Shown: one piece after another, positions 43,967 through 59,295 of the stretch
Position numbering within the stretch: position 1 is the first letter of the stretch
Layout: each line of letters opens with the position of its first letter
Source of the DNA: Piromyces finnis finn
Lineage: Eukaryota; Fungi; Neocallimastigomycota
Direction: 5' to 3'
NCBI GenBank assembly: GCA_002104945.1
Contig: MCFH01000003.1
Span: 1,550,001-1,614,000, forward strand
Length of the DNA: 64,000 bases
Position numbers and translations under genes: made by a program
The notes under the pieces: generated by a model
Seen by the model: only the letters and a program-made list of their open reading frames with translations
Databases searched by the model: none
Told to the model about the DNA's origin: nothing

Positions 43967-44689
43967 ATATAATTCATATTATTAGTCTCTCTATATAAAA
44001 TATATACATTCTATATATCATTATTTAAATATCATAGTTTATATGTATTGTTACCCATTTCTCACACAACTTTTCCTTTATACTAAATTAAAATTATATA
44101 ATTTTGTATATATATTTATATAATCATACAATCCTAATCAATCTTTTTTAAATAATAAAATAATAATATATCATATAGTTTTTTTTTCTTTTATTAAAAT
44201 AATAATGTTATTTTTATGTACTATCTTTTCTTTTTATATAAACTAAAATAAAACTATATCTTCATTATACCTAATAATTAATCTAATAAATTATAAATAT
44301 TTTTATGTGCCAACATATATATATATATTTGTAATTTGATAATATATATTATATTGTATAATAAAGTTTATTCTATTTAAAATAGAAAACGTTTTAAAGA
44401 TACTTGATAGTATGAAGGTATTTAGAAACTATATATTATGGTATTATTAAAATATTTTTTTTTTTGTTATAAAAATAGTTTGGACCTTTTATTAGGAAAA
44501 AAAATAATATAAAAATATAGATTAATTTTTTTTTTTTTTTCAATTTCTATAAATTACATTAATGTATAATGTAATGTAATTAATCAATAATATAACATAT
44601 TATTGTTTTTTTTTTCTATTAAAATTAATTTTTTTTTTTTATTACTTTATTTTTTTAACTAAATTAACAATAAATATAATAATATAAAG

Positions 44690-46868
44690 ATGGTAAGTAA
44701 AAACCTGAATTATTTTAATTTAGTAATTTACTAAATTATTGTTGTATATCGATACATTTCTATTATTTATTGTATATATTTGAGTACATTTCAGATATAT
44801 ATATTTGATCACAATTATTAAAAGTCGATTTAAATTATTTTATCAGAAATTAATGGATGACAGGATTGATTAAAAATTCAAAAAAAAAAAAAAAGTACAT
44901 TATTCCGTCACTTAAAAAAAAAATAATTGATTATTTAAGAGAAATAATAAGAACCTAATATGCATTAATAGTTGAAATATTTTCAATTTTATACAATATT
45001 TATAGAAATAAATATAAAAATAGAAATATAATAAATGAAATCTATGAAATTTTAATATTAGTATAATTATCCATCGTATAAAATTAAAAATTTTAATCGA
45101 TTCACTTAATAAAATGTTTATTTATATATATATTTTAAATTATCAAACTAGACTTTAACAAAGAAATCAAGAATGGCGACTATCATAAATAGTCGTATTA
45201 AAGTTACCATTCAAGATAGTAGAACCTTTGTTGGTCAAATGTTAGCATTTGATAAGTATATGAATTTAGTACTTGCAGATTGTGAAGAATTCAGAAAAAT
45301 CAAATCAAAAGGAAAAGCTAATGCTAATCAAGGTGATAGAGAAGAAAAACGTGCTTTAGGTTTAGTTATTCTTCGTGGTGAAATTATTGTTAATCTTAGT
45401 GTTGTTGCTCCACCACCAGCTAAAGCTCCAAAGCCAAAAACTACTATTAATGTACAAACTCCAGGTATTAGTAGACCAGCTGGTAGAGGTATTTCAGCTG
45501 CTGCAAGTATGTATTTTTTTTTGTCATACCTTTTTTTTATATAAAAATTTGTGAATATTTCTCAATTACCAAAAAAAAAAAATATAATAATAATTTTTTC
45601 CTGGTAGATTTTATTATTTTTATTTTTTTTTAAGCATTTTATTATTTTGATTAAACATTGGAATTCATAAAATTTAGATTAAAATTTTAAAATCTCTTTA
45701 ATTATTTTTCAATTGAAAGAAAATGTTTGATTTAATATTTTATTCAAATTACTATTTTCGAATTCTTTTTCTCTCTCTCTTTTTTTTTGATATGATAATT
45801 AATGCTTTATAAAATATCTTTAAAAATATAGGTTTAGCCGGTCCAGTTAGAGGTTTAGGTGGTCCAGCTCAACAAATTATGCAACCAATGGGTATGGTAC
45901 CACCACAAGGTGCTTTCGGTAGAGGTGTTCAACCACAACCAGGTGCTCCAAGCATTATAAGACCACCAATGTATAGACCACAAGCACAAGGTATGCCACC
46001 AATGAATATGCCACCACAAGGTTTTAGACCACAAATGAGACCACCACAAATGGTAATATTTTTTTTTCTTAATTTTTATAATTTAAACAGATACTGTTTT
46101 ATTATATGTGCGATGAATTATAAAAGAAGCTTAAAATTAGTTTATTAACAATTTTTTTTTTTAAATTTTATTTTTAAATATTTTTTTCCGAAATAAATAT
46201 ATCTATTTCACTATTTATGACATTTATGACAATACATCGATATTTTAATTTAACAATAAATTATAAATATTTTTAAAAAACAACAACAACACTAATAACA
46301 CCAACAACACCAACAAAAAAATAAACATCATCATTATTAATATCAAAAATACAATAAATTTTATTTTAAAAATTTATTCATATTCAAAATGAAACACCCT
46401 TTAAAAATTGTATTACATTTATTTTCAATTATAATGTTAATATTGTAAATGTATGCTTTTATTTCACAATGATTTATATTATATCAACTAAATATGCATT
46501 TCATATTTATATACATACCTTTGTAATCATCAACAAATATAAAATCACTATGTTGAACATGATACTATCAAAACAAATTCATTAAATCATTTCATCAATA
46601 ATATATATATTTAATCCATTTTTAATTGTTCCAATTTATTTAATACTATGATTTATCACTATGTTTATCAATCCTCATCAACCTTATTATTATGCATAAT
46701 ATTTCATATTTTAAACATTTCTCAAAAAATCATGATCATAATTTCACAACCTTTATGACTTTAATTATTTAAACGAAATAGGGTGTTCCACCACAATTTG
46801 GTGTTGGTAGAGGTACTTTCCCAATGCCACAAAACCCAGCAGCTTTCCGTCCACGCCCAGCTAAATAA
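44690..46868 (+). CDS. SMB1: Small nuclear ribonucleoprotein SmB, ~221 aa, 4 coding exons
   Basis: Exons 44690-44692 (ATG|gtaagt), 45152-45506, 45832-46052, 46782-46868. Sm fold [26 protein letters not shown]...LGLVILRGE; [12 protein letters not shown]; RG/P-rich tail. Confidence 0.95.
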
Positions 46869-49206
46869 ATATAATTTTATTCAGTAAAAAAAAAAAAAAA
46901 GATGACATTGACAATAATTATAAATATTTAATGAAAAAAGTTCAATCATCATCATTTCCTTTATATACACACTTTTTTTATATTTTATTATTAAAACCAC
47001 ACTTATAAATAATGATATGATATCTATTTTTTTACTTTTTGTAATTTTTTTTTTTTTACTTTATTATTATGCAAATAATTTTTTTTTACAAATAAATAAA
47101 AAATAAATACTTAAAAAAAAAAAAAAAAACAAACATCTACGACTCTATCTTTCCCATTTATTATTATTATGAATATTATTATTGATTGCTTATTTTTGAA
47201 CTTTTATATAAGGAAAAAGAAAGTAAGCGTTGAAGTCATTTTTATTTTAAATATTTTTGATGCGTTTCATCAAATATATAACTAAATAAAAATATATATA
47301 TATATAAATAATTTTTTTAAATAGAGATGTTTATCATTCTAATTTTAAAAGAGTTCCATAGGTTCTGTAGGTTCTGTAAGTTCCATAGGCTTCATTGATA
47401 TTTTTTTTAATTGTATCGTATCGTAGCATCCTTCATGTAGGCGATATACTTTTTTTCACCTTATTCGTCTCTTTTAAAGCATCTTTTTCAATTTTCAATT
47501 TTCCTCCCTTTTTTTTTAAAAAATTTTTTTAATAAATCCATATATTAAATTATATTACAATATATTTATTAATATAAAAATTATTATTGTTTTTAATAAA
47601 ATTAATAATTAAAATTAAATTATTAATAAAAAAAAAAAGATAAAAAAAAAAAATCTTTTTTTTGAACTTTTCTTTTTTTTTTAAAAAAGAAAAAAAAAAA
47701 TAGGTGCAATTTTAGTTATCGATAATGATATTTTAACGAAAAAGTAGCAAGAAGCATAAACCTATTTTATTATTAAATATAAAAAAAAAGAAAGAAGAAA
47801 AAGTAAAGGAAACAATAAAAAAATATTTTTTTTTTCAAAAGAATTAACTGTCATATAAACTATAAAATTTTATTTTAAAAGTAAGCATTTATCCTATTAT
47901 TTAGTGGAAAGAAAAAAAAAAAAAAACCAACATTTAATATTCGTTCACTATTGAAGTATTATTATTTTTTTTTAAAGAACTATATACTCTTTTTTTTTTT
48001 ATGGATATTGCATAGTTACAAAAAAAGTTATTAAGAAATTAACAATACAATATTTCAACAAAATTTCGATAGAGAAGTTGATAGTCCATTACCAAAAAAA
48101 AAAAAAAAAAAAAAAAAAAACAGTCAAAATATATATACTAAAAATTAAGAAAATTTCAATACATAGTTTAAAATGAAATATATAAAAGACAACAATAATT
48201 TATTATTTTTCATATAAAAAGAATTAGAAATATTAACTAATGAAAAAAAAAAAAGTTAAAAATTAAAAATAAAAATGAATAACAAGGCTAGAGGAAATTT
48301 CGAGGAATATTTTTTTTTAATAAAAAAAAAACAATTAGGAAATTTTTGAAAAATAAAAAAAAAAAAAAAAAAAAAAATAAAAACATGTAGGCTATATAAC
48401 GAAAAGCAAGAGAGAAAACAAAACAATAGTCTTGATAATAATACAAAAATATTTAATAGTAAACCAAATATATAAAAGAACAAATTAACTTTTTATAGAT
48501 ATTTTTTTTTTTTTTTAAAAAAGAAACCTTTTCAATAAATTATTTTAAAAATTAATTGTTATATATATTTAGTTATAATATAAATAATAACGATATAAAT
48601 ATATGTATTTATTAATATTTTGTTCAAACTTTGAAATACTAACTTTTTTGTCATTTTAATATTTTATATTTTATACCTATATATTTATATTCATTTATAT
48701 ATATGTATATAATATATCTGTTATATTATATTGTGTCGTATACAAGGCTCAATTTTATATATTAAAATATTTTCTATATTTTTATTTTCGAACAAGTAAT
48801 AGATATAAATACTTTTTATCCTTTAAACGTTGAAAAAAGTTATTAATATTGAAATATTATACATCGATATTCATTATTTATATTTATATATATAAAAGAT
48901 AGTCACTTTTTGATAAAATAAAATATTAGTTTATCCAATTTTAGAAATTCAGTTTATTAAATATTTTTTATTTTTATATTTAAAACAGTAAAGTGAAAAT
49001 AGCCTTTTTTTTTTCTTTTTGTTTTCTATTATTATAATTATTATTTCTAACGATATATAAAAGAATAATTGTCTTTTATTCATAATAATAAATAGATTAT
49101 AATCATAGTTTATAAATTTTAATAGTTAATAATAGTAATAAAATAGTAATAATAAAAAAAAAACATCCTTTTATTTGATAATATTATAATTTAATTGTGA
49201 TAATAA

Positions 49207-49240
<34 letters not shown>

Positions 49241-49244
49241 TAAA

Positions 49245-49748
49245 ATGGGTAATTGCTTAACAAAACAAGAGGAAGAAAATGTTCGCTTTGAAACTGCAGC
49301 ATCTACTGGAGGTGGTGGTACAACTCAAACAAATATTTTAAAAGGTATTAAAAATAAATGTATATACACACATACACATACACACACATATATATATATA
49401 TATATTATATTATATTATATTATATTAGCATAATATATTCATTTTTATTTTATTATATTTTATTTTGTCTATAGAGGGTAATAAAAAACTTGTTCCAATT
49501 TCAACTTATTCATGGAAATCCGATAAACCAATGACTAAGGATGATGTTAATAAACGTCGTGAAGAATTTTGGTTAACCTCACCAAATTATAATGTAGGTA
49601 GAAGAAATTCAATACAAGTTTTGAAATATACAATTATTATTATCATTATTATTTAATTATTAGGAACTTATTATAAAACTTTTATTCTATTTTTTTTTTT
49701 TTATTTTATTTTATTATGAATAATAATAATGATGATAATCTTAATCCA

Positions 49749-49785
<37 letters not shown>

Positions 49786-50497
49786 TAAAATAAAAATAAA
49801 ATAGGGTAGACAAGAAATTTGGCAAGCATTAAAAGCTATTTGTGAAACTGATTCATTAGAATTAGCTCAAGTTATTGCAGATTCTGCTGGTATTACTATT
49901 CCAACTGGTAAATTAACGGATGGTTGTTATGATGAACTTGGTAATCAATATATTGTTCCTAACTTTTGCTTAATTGAACCTTCTAATCTTGTTGAAAAGT
50001 CAAGTGCCAACGATATTAATCAACCACTTCTTGCCAATGAAGAAGGTGGTAGTCAAGAATCATTATCCGTACCACTAGGCAATGAAAAAGCTACTACATC
50101 AACCACCGCCGCCATAGATCATTCCACAAACCATTCTGCTAATAATAAATATTATACAAAGGATGAAGATGGTATTCTTATTACAAAATTAGCTATGGAT
50201 GCTGGAGGTAAAACCTCATTAGCTAAAAATGGAAATGGTGGAAGTGATGGTAATAATGCCATGACCACTCTTCGACTCAGTAATAATAAAGATATTAAGC
50301 TAATTATAAATAAGATGGATACCATTCAACAACTTATTAAAATTATTGAAAAAAGTGAAGAACTCGGAGATGATAAGAATAATATTCGTATTATTGTAAA
50401 GGGTAAAGTTTTAGTTAAAAGTAGTAAACTTTATGATGATTTAGTTCAAGATGGATCGATCAGTATTGTTCAAGTCTTTATTTCTCCAAAGAATTAA
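49245..50497 (+). CDS. Ubiquitin domain-containing protein (UBTD1/2, DC-UbP family), ~303 aa, 3 exons
   Basis: Exons 49245-49344, 49475-49593, 49805-50497. MGNC N-terminus; KRREEFWLTSPNYN|GRQEIWQALK and GCYDELGNQYIVPNFC (DC-UbP UBD); C-terminal ubiquitin-like domain with RIIVKGKVL. Confidence 0.92.
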
Positions 50498-51071
50498 ACC
50501 ACCTTGAAAAAAAAAAAAAATTTTTTTTTTAAGTTATAACCATAACAGTATTAATAATAACACACCTACTACTACTACCAACAACACTACCAACAATAAT
50601 CAAAATAATAATCAAAATTAAATAAATAAATAAATAAAAAAAAAACCTTTATCAAAATCATATAATATTTACCTATTTATCCTCTATTTTATATACTTAT
50701 CCATTATATCCATAGGAATTTTATATATTTTTTATTCTATTTTAACCCCTCTCTCTCTTTGTTTTTTTTTCTTTTTTAATTATGAAAAATCAATAGAATG
50801 TTTTATTGATATTTTTATTTAATTCAAAAAAAAAAAAAAAAAAAAAAAAAAATTTACAAATAATAATAAAAGAAAAAAGAAAATACCAAAATAGTCTACA
50901 AAATATAAAAAATAAAAGTTTATCTCTCCAAAAAAGAAAGAAAAGAAAAAAAATAATACAATATCCATATTAATATATATCGTATAAAATACTTTTTTTT
51001 TTTTTTTATCTTATTATTTTTATTATCCTTTAATATTTATATTTTATTCATTTTACAAATTAGAATAATGG

Positions 51072-51106
<35 letters not shown>

Positions 51107-51640
51107 TTATGGATTATATTGAAAAATAAAGAAAAATAAAATAAACTGAAAATAAATAAATAAAATATATGTATCCATATTTTCTAGTTTTTTTTTTTTT
51201 AATATAGTTGTCATAATAATATTGATAATCAGTTGTTAAATAACAATAATGATCATCCTTAGAGTATTATATGTATTTTTTGAGAACCTAAATATTAAAT
51301 ATTATTGCCTATGAATAAATAACAATACATACATATTATTTTTTTGTTATAGGAGTACTATATATGTTTTACAATAACAAAAAAGAATAATAAATAAATG
51401 AAAAAAAAAAAAGTTTTATTGTTTTACTATTTTATAGTTAAAAAAGGCTTTCTCTTTAAAATAATATTCATCATTTTTTTCCTCTCTTCTTTTTTTTCTT
51501 TCTTTTTAATCTATGTACATTTAATAGTATATTAAAGGATGTGTAGATATAAAAAATTAAGAAAAAAAAAATTTATATATATATGTTCATTTATTTATTT
51601 TTATTTTTATTTTTTTCTATTCATCTTTTGTTGTTATTAG

Positions 51641-51674
<34 letters not shown>

Positions 51675-52314
51675 ATTTGTTTTTTATTCTTTAAGATTAA
51701 AAAATTAATAATCTAAAAAAAAAAAAAAAAAAAAAAAAAAACTTGGAATTTAATAGATCGCATGTAAATAGGTAAACATCTAATGATTTTCCTTTTCTTT
51801 TTTTTTTCCTTTTTTTTAAAAAATAAAAAAAACTATAAAAAAAAGAAACTGAAATTAATTAAAATTTATGAAATCTATATATAGGTGTATATATTGCATA
51901 TACATATAGATAATAAAGAAATGGATAGAAATCATTAAAAAAGTTTTTTTTTTTTATTTCATATAACATCAATTTGGTTGATTTTATTTTTTTGTTTCTT
52001 TTTTTTCCAAAGGAAAAAAAGTTAAAAAAAAAAAAAAACTATGTATTTTTTTTATATAGTTTTAAAAAAATTAATGAAAAAAACTAATTAAAACAATACT
52101 ATAATAATATATAAAAAGAAAAATAATAAAAAAAGATTATGGATAAATTAAAAAATTGATACTTTATGTCTTTTTTTTTTTTTTTTTTTTTTTTGGATAG
52201 AGAATAGATTTCATGTTTTTTTTTTTAAACGTTAATTACATTTATACCATAAAAAAGGTGTTAGATAAGAAAAAAAAAATTTTTTTTATACAAGACAATA
52301 ATTACAATTTAGGA

Positions 52315-53387
52315 TTATAGATTAATTTCCGGTACACGATCTGGATGATTATCAGCAAATTCTTTGACTTTAAGAATTCTTTTAAATCTTGATATGGAAT
52401 AATAAATGATAAATATTGAAAGACCCATCATAGCAAAGCCTACCCATTTACCATACCACCATTGATCAACGATTCCGTTTATTCCATTATATTCAAATTC
52501 TTCATCTGCTGGGGATCCGTCCATTGGATTATCACTATCTGTAATGATAAGTAATCCATATCTAAATATAGTAAGGGCTACACCAATAAGTGCCCCTTTA
52601 CGAGTACCATGAGATGTTGATAAAAAGAAAGTCATAATAAATCCGATAAAGTCAAATATAAATGAGAAGAAAGCAGATAAAACCATACCTGCCCAAGTAC
52701 CTGCTGGAATACTATTAATTAACATTTCACCGTAAAATTCACCGATACGACAATAGGTCACTTCATATCCGTAAAATGGATCGAATTCTGCTTCACCGGT
52801 TACTTCGGTGTAAGTTGGTAAGGCGTCAGAACGAATTTCTGGTTTTTCATTCAAATTTGAGAATACACCATCATGAGAATTAATAACAAAAGGTTTAGAT
52901 GATTTTGGCTTTTTTTTAAAGAATCTAAATTCCGACAAAATACTTTTCTTTAATTTTCCTGATATTGTTTCTGAAGTTGAATTATTGGTGGATGAGGAAG
53001 GAAGGAATGGATTACGAATAGTCTCACTCGTACTAGCTTCTATATTATTATTATTTTCAACGACAACACCAATTGGATTTTCATTTTCTTCATCATTTTC
53101 ATTCGACTCCTCTACGTCAATCTGTGCTACATTATTTTTTGGTATTAATAACTCCTGGTCATTACTTTCTTGTATTTCTAATATTTCATCTTCTGTTGAT
53201 GCATTTTGTTCTATATTGTCCAACGGTATATAATCTATATTCTTTATTTTTATTAATAATAATGTTAAATAAAATGAAGAGAGAGGAAAAAAATTTTTTT
53301 TTTTAACAATTTGTCAATTAAATAATATGGTTTTTATGTTGTTTTTGTTATATAATTTATTTTTAGTTTAATCCATACCTTGTTCAT
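52315..53387 (-). CDS. BSD2: Bsd2-like metal-homeostasis / NEDD4-family adaptor membrane protein (DUF2370), ~311 aa
   Basis: HDGVFSNLNEKP, PY-like LPTY, hydrophobic FDFIGFIMTFFLSTSHGTRKGALIG and a later TM segment. Likely exons 53387-53379 (ATGAACAAG|gtatgg) and 53241-52315; the track's TTG start is not the true start. Confidence 0.85.
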
Positions 53388-53822
53388 TTCTCTTTTTATA
53401 TATATATAGGCGAATTTTTTAAAGTATTTTGAATAACTATTAATTTATTTTATTATGTATTATTGTTTTTTTTTTTAAATAAAAATAAATTCTAATTTTT
53501 GAACTTTAAAATCAATAGTTATATAAAAGTAATGAATTAATATTATTATCAATATAGAAAATATTTATAATTTGTACTATTTAAAATTTATATTTTGAAA
53601 ATTAATACTATATATATTATACGTATATATTTTTTATACTAATACTACGATAAAACAACAACAATATATCTTATTATTATTACTTTTATTATTATTTAAT
53701 TTATTTCATGTAAATTATAAAAATATATAAAATAAAAGAATGGCTTACTTTTGTTGTAGAGTTTTTTTTTTTTTTTTTTTTTTACCTTTCTTCTTGATAA
53801 ATAAAAGTATACTTTTTTATTA

Positions 53823-53853
<31 letters not shown>

Positions 53854-53944
53854 GAAATATTGTTTGACTTTTAATACTGCTTTGATTTTATTATTACTTG
53901 ATTTTAAATATTTTTGTTTTGTTTTGTTTTGACAAATGATATTG

Positions 53945-53978
<34 letters not shown>

Positions 53979-56711
53979 ACTGTAGTATTTATACACTTTC
54001 TTTTTATTTTATTACTTTTTACTATTTTTTTTCTTTTTTTTTTTCTATTATTATTTAGTTATGTTGTTTACCCTTCTTTAAAACTATTAATATTAATATT
54101 TATTACAATTCCTTTTTTATTATTGTTTCCATAAATATAATAAAAATAAAAAAGACTTTGGTTATTATCCTTTTTTTTCAAAAAAAAAGTATTTTTTTTT
54201 TTTCTTTAATTCTTATTATATTTACTTTTTTTTTTTTTTTTTTATTTCTATCGTTCCACTTGTTGTTCTTCCTTGTTTTTTTTTTTTTTTTTTTAATCTT
54301 TTTTTAATAAAATGAAAAGTATACTTTTTCCTATTTTTTTTAATTTTTATTTTTAAAAAGGTTTTTTAGTACAAAAAAAGAAAGAAAAGAAAAAACTAAA
54401 AAAAAAAAAATTTATTATTAAATATTCCAAATTAAATTTATTAATAATTAAACTTTTAAAATTTTCATTTTTTTTTTTTTTTGAAATTCATTGAAAAAAA
54501 GTGTTTGGGAAAAACAAATAAAGTAAGGAAGGAATGCCTAATGAAATGATTATAATTTATATTATTACATCACTCACTTGAATAATAATAATATAAAAAA
54601 AAGAAGCATCAATGTTAAAATAGAAAAAGATTTGAAAATTAAAAAAAGATAACAGATATTCCAAAGGGTATAGAATGTAGGTCAAGAAGAAGAAAACGTC
54701 ATATTAACTTTTTATGAATATATTTTATTAAAAGCTTTTATATTTCCATTATTATTATTACTCTACTACGACGATGATGATATAACAAATTAAAATAGAA
54801 ATAATGAAATAAAATGAAATAAAAAAAACGCCTTTTTTTTACTACCAAAACTCAACAAGAATTTACCTGAAGGTATGATGAAAATGACCACAAAGTTCTT
54901 GGTATAAAATTTTAATAAAAATGTCATTCCTTATGAAATTAATTAAATTATTAATAATAAATAATAATACAATATATTATCACTCATTTTTATTGGTTAT
55001 ATTCATTTAAAAATAAATTCGTATTATATTCTTAATATAAATAATATATAATGAAATAAATTAATAATATATTAAGTATATTTATTTGTATAAATTAAAT
55101 AATAAACAATCAAAAATAAATAGATAAATAAACATAAAATAAATAAATTTATAATAAAAAGTAAATGAATGAATAAATAAAAGTGTCAAAGTAAAATGTT
55201 TGATAAGAAGAAGAGGCAAGAGTGAAAAAAGGTTTTCTCTTTTTTCTTTTTATTATTAATATCTTTTATCATTTGCATCTCTTTGATTATACAATATTTT
55301 ATTAATAACAATTTAACAATCTTTTTTTTTATTATTATGAAATTGGTCTTTTCTTTTTTTTTCTACTTCTAATCCTTTGTTGTTGAATTTTAAAATGTGT
55401 AACAGAAATATTTAATAATGAAATTTTCTTTGTCCTTTTTTCTATATTAAACAAGCAATTTAATAAAAAGTTGCACTTTTCCAAGATCCATTTCTAAGGA
55501 TTTCTTTTAAATAATAATTGAAAATTTTGCCTTTATCATTCATACAAAGAAAAAAAAAAGACTTTATTGTTGCCCAAATTATTTTTGGTGTGGTGGTGGT
55601 GGTGGTGGTTGATGGTTGATGGTTGATAGTGTATAGTATTATTTTATAATATATTTAATTATATTTGAATATATTTGGATCATATATTAATAAATCAATT
55701 TAATTAAAAATTTTAAATTGTTAAATCATAAAAAATTTTTTTTATATATAAAGCAAACAACAACAAAAAGTGGTTTATTTTTTATTTTTTATTTTTATTT
55801 CTTTAATATTTTATTATTATTTTATTTTACCATTCCATATACTTTCAATAGTTAAAATCTATCTTTTTTTTTTTTCTTCTTAAAAACAACCACCACCACC
55901 ACCACAACAACAACCTTTTAAACCTATTGAATGGATAATTAATAATAATAATAATAATAAAATCATATCATTATTGAAAAGAAATTATTTAAAAATAAGA
56001 AAAGATATTTAAATATGAAGTAATACCTATAAAGACTATAGGATAGTTTTATTTTTATTTATTTATTTTTTTAATATAACCTAATATTTTATAATAACAA
56101 GAGTAAGTGTAAATTGTATAGTACTTTTTAAATTATAAAAAAGTATGTTTTTATATATATTAAAAATGGGTTTATAATGAAAGATGGAGGGACTACGAAT
56201 AAAAAAAAAAGTAATTTTTCAGTAGTAGTGATAAACATTAAATGATGAAATACGCAATCAAAAGATAAATTCAGACATATAAATTCGTATTAATAAGAAA
56301 TGTTAACCTATCTTTACTGTTAAAAAAATAAAATGATAACTATTGATGAATCTAGTTTGAAATTTAAAATGACTTTTTTTTTTATTGTTATTTCTCTTTA
56401 ATTGAAAGAATTTCATAATGAAATAATAATAAATGTAATATATATATTAAAATTTTTAAATATAAAATAATATTATTAGAATTTGTAAAAATTCAACAAT
56501 TAAACAATAAAAAAAAATATATATTTTTTATAATATTCATAGTTTTAATATATTTAACTATTTACGATGCATACCAAAATAAAAATAAAAACTTAAATAA
56601 TTTTTCTTTTTATGTTTTAAAAAAAATACCAATTCTTTTAAAAAATTCATAAATTAATTATTATTACTATTATGTATTAAAATTTAGAATAATTATTAAA
56701 TATTATCAAAA

Positions 56712-59218
56712 ATGACCAATATGAATAATACTGATAATTTAAATACCTCAACTTCCGATCTATCATCAAATAATTCTGGAAACCACAACAAGAATACTCG
56801 CTCAGGTGAAAAGAGAAAAAGAGAAAGTAATGAAAAGCAGGATAATGTAACAATTATAAATGAACAAAGAAATCTGAAAAAGTCAAGAAAAAATGGTAAA
56901 TAGATACAACCAATTATAATTATTAAACTATTATTCATAATAAAATTTGATATAATAAATTAATAAATATTAAATATTATTATTATTATTATTATAATTA
57001 TTACTTTGATATTAATTATTATGTTATTATTATTATTATTTCTTTTATATTTATTATTATTATAATTATTATTTTGATATTAATTATTATGTTATTATTA
57101 TTATTATTTCTTTTATATTTATAATTATTATTACAATATTTATTATTATTATTGATATAAATTTGTTGTATATTATTGTTTATATAATATTTAAAAGTCA
57201 ATAAAGATAAATCAAAGAATGAAGCCACAAGTCAAAGTTTATTAAAAAATGATAATAAAAAGGCTCAATCATCTTCATTATCTTCTAATGAAAAAGAAAA
57301 TAGTCTAAAGAAAAAAAAGGATAGAGTACATTCTATCTTTAATAAATGTATAAGTAAAATAAAAGGATTTGGGAAGGGTAAGTCAAAATCATCAAATTCT
57401 AATAAAGAATCTTCAGATTCAGGTGCTTCCTCTTCTCAAAAAAATGAATCATCTAGTGCAAATTTAAATTCCAATACTACTCAAACATCATTACTTAATA
57501 GATCTGATGTTGACTCAAAGGATTCTATGGAATTAACATCAAATAATGAAGATTTAAATAAAAGTATTAATAATAATAATCTTTCATCATCATCTAGTGC
57601 GAATAATAACAATGTAGAAGTATCCACTAATACTAACTCAAATTCACAATCTCAAACTCAAACTCAAGCACAATCATTGAGATCATTACCTATTAATTTG
57701 GGCAGTAATAGTAGAATATATTTACGACCAATTGTGATAACAAGACCTATCATTAGACGAAGTATCAATACATTAAATAGAACAAATCAATCTGGTAGAG
57801 ATGCCTTAAACGCATTGATCATGGATGTTGTGACTAATTCTAATCAATTTACTCCAGTATCTGAATTGAGAAGAAATAATTTATTTAGTAACACAAGTAA
57901 TAACAGTAATAATAATAACAATAACATAAATAATAATAGTAATAATAGTAATAATAGTAATGATAATCATGCCAACAGCAACAATAATAATATTAGTATT
58001 AGTAATAGTAATGATAATCATGCCAACAGCAACAATAATAATATTAGTAATAGTAATAGTAATAATTCTGGAACAACAAATGCAACAACAAATATTAATA
58101 ATAGATTAAATCTACCAACACTAAATTCAAACCTTCATTCAACTACAAACGCATCAAATTCAACTACAAATTCATCAAACTCAACAAACGGTATATCTAA
58201 TTATTTCTTTTCTTATCCACAAGATAATAATAATGCTGTTAGATATACTGGTAATTCATTATTAAGCAATATATTAAATAATTCATTAATGGTGTCTATT
58301 AATGCAATTCAGAATTCTAATAGCAATCCTAATAATGCAGCAGTAAATAGTCCTTTTAATTTCAATTTTAATAATCGTTCTGGTCCATTGAGACCAATTA
58401 CAATACAAAGATCCCATATTGTACGTATTCCTACTGTACGTACAGGAATACAAGCAAATATAAACTTAAATAGAAATTCCAATTCGTCTCCAAATACTAC
58501 AACAACAACAACTACAAATACTACAGTACCATCTACAAATACCACAGTACCATCTACAAATACCACAACACCATCTACAAATACCACAGCGCCATCTTCA
58601 AACTCCAATAGAACTACAAATTCCAACGTAACAAATGGTGCTAATTTAAGGGATGTTAATCTAAACGATGTCATTACTCGTATTGTAGATATAATCGGTT
58701 CCATTGTTGAAAGAAATCAACATAATAATAGTGTTACATCAAATAATACAGTTAACTCTACTTCAAATTCAAGTAATAGCTCATCTTTGAATAATACTCA
58801 AAATAATTCAAATCGTAATTTGTTCAATGTTGATAGAGATCATTCAAGTATGAATAATTCAAGTTTAGATAGTATGGCTACTTCTGTAAACATATCAAGT
58901 AGATTGAACAACCGCAATAACAACAACAATAACAATGCAAACAATACAAATAGTACAAGTCATAGTTTTAATACTAATATTAACAACAACAACATTAATG
59001 GAAATACAACAGGATTATTTACAAGATTAATAACTCAACAAATTATTGAAAGATCAAGATCAGCTGAAGAAATAAGAAATTCGTTGATAAATAATATTTT
59101 ATACGATATAAATAATATCGTAAATAATGATAGAAATAATAATAGTACTACTACTGTTTCTTCTATTGCCTCTACTACAAATAATAATAATAATAATAAC
59201 AACAACAACAACAACAAC

Positions 59219-59295
<77 letters not shown>

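Noticed and set aside
47351-47510. GC-enriched island with four 9-bp repeats (aggttctgt/aagttccat) and a poly-A-AG acceptor-like site on the minus strand
   Set aside because: The best minus frame from the acceptor stops after ~24 codons, I found no upstream exon, and no ncRNA motif (Sm site, C/D or H/ACA box) is recognisable.
54840-54910. ATGATGA (box C-like) with small hairpins
   Set aside because: No downstream CTGA box D at a suitable distance and no terminal stem, so not called a snoRNA.
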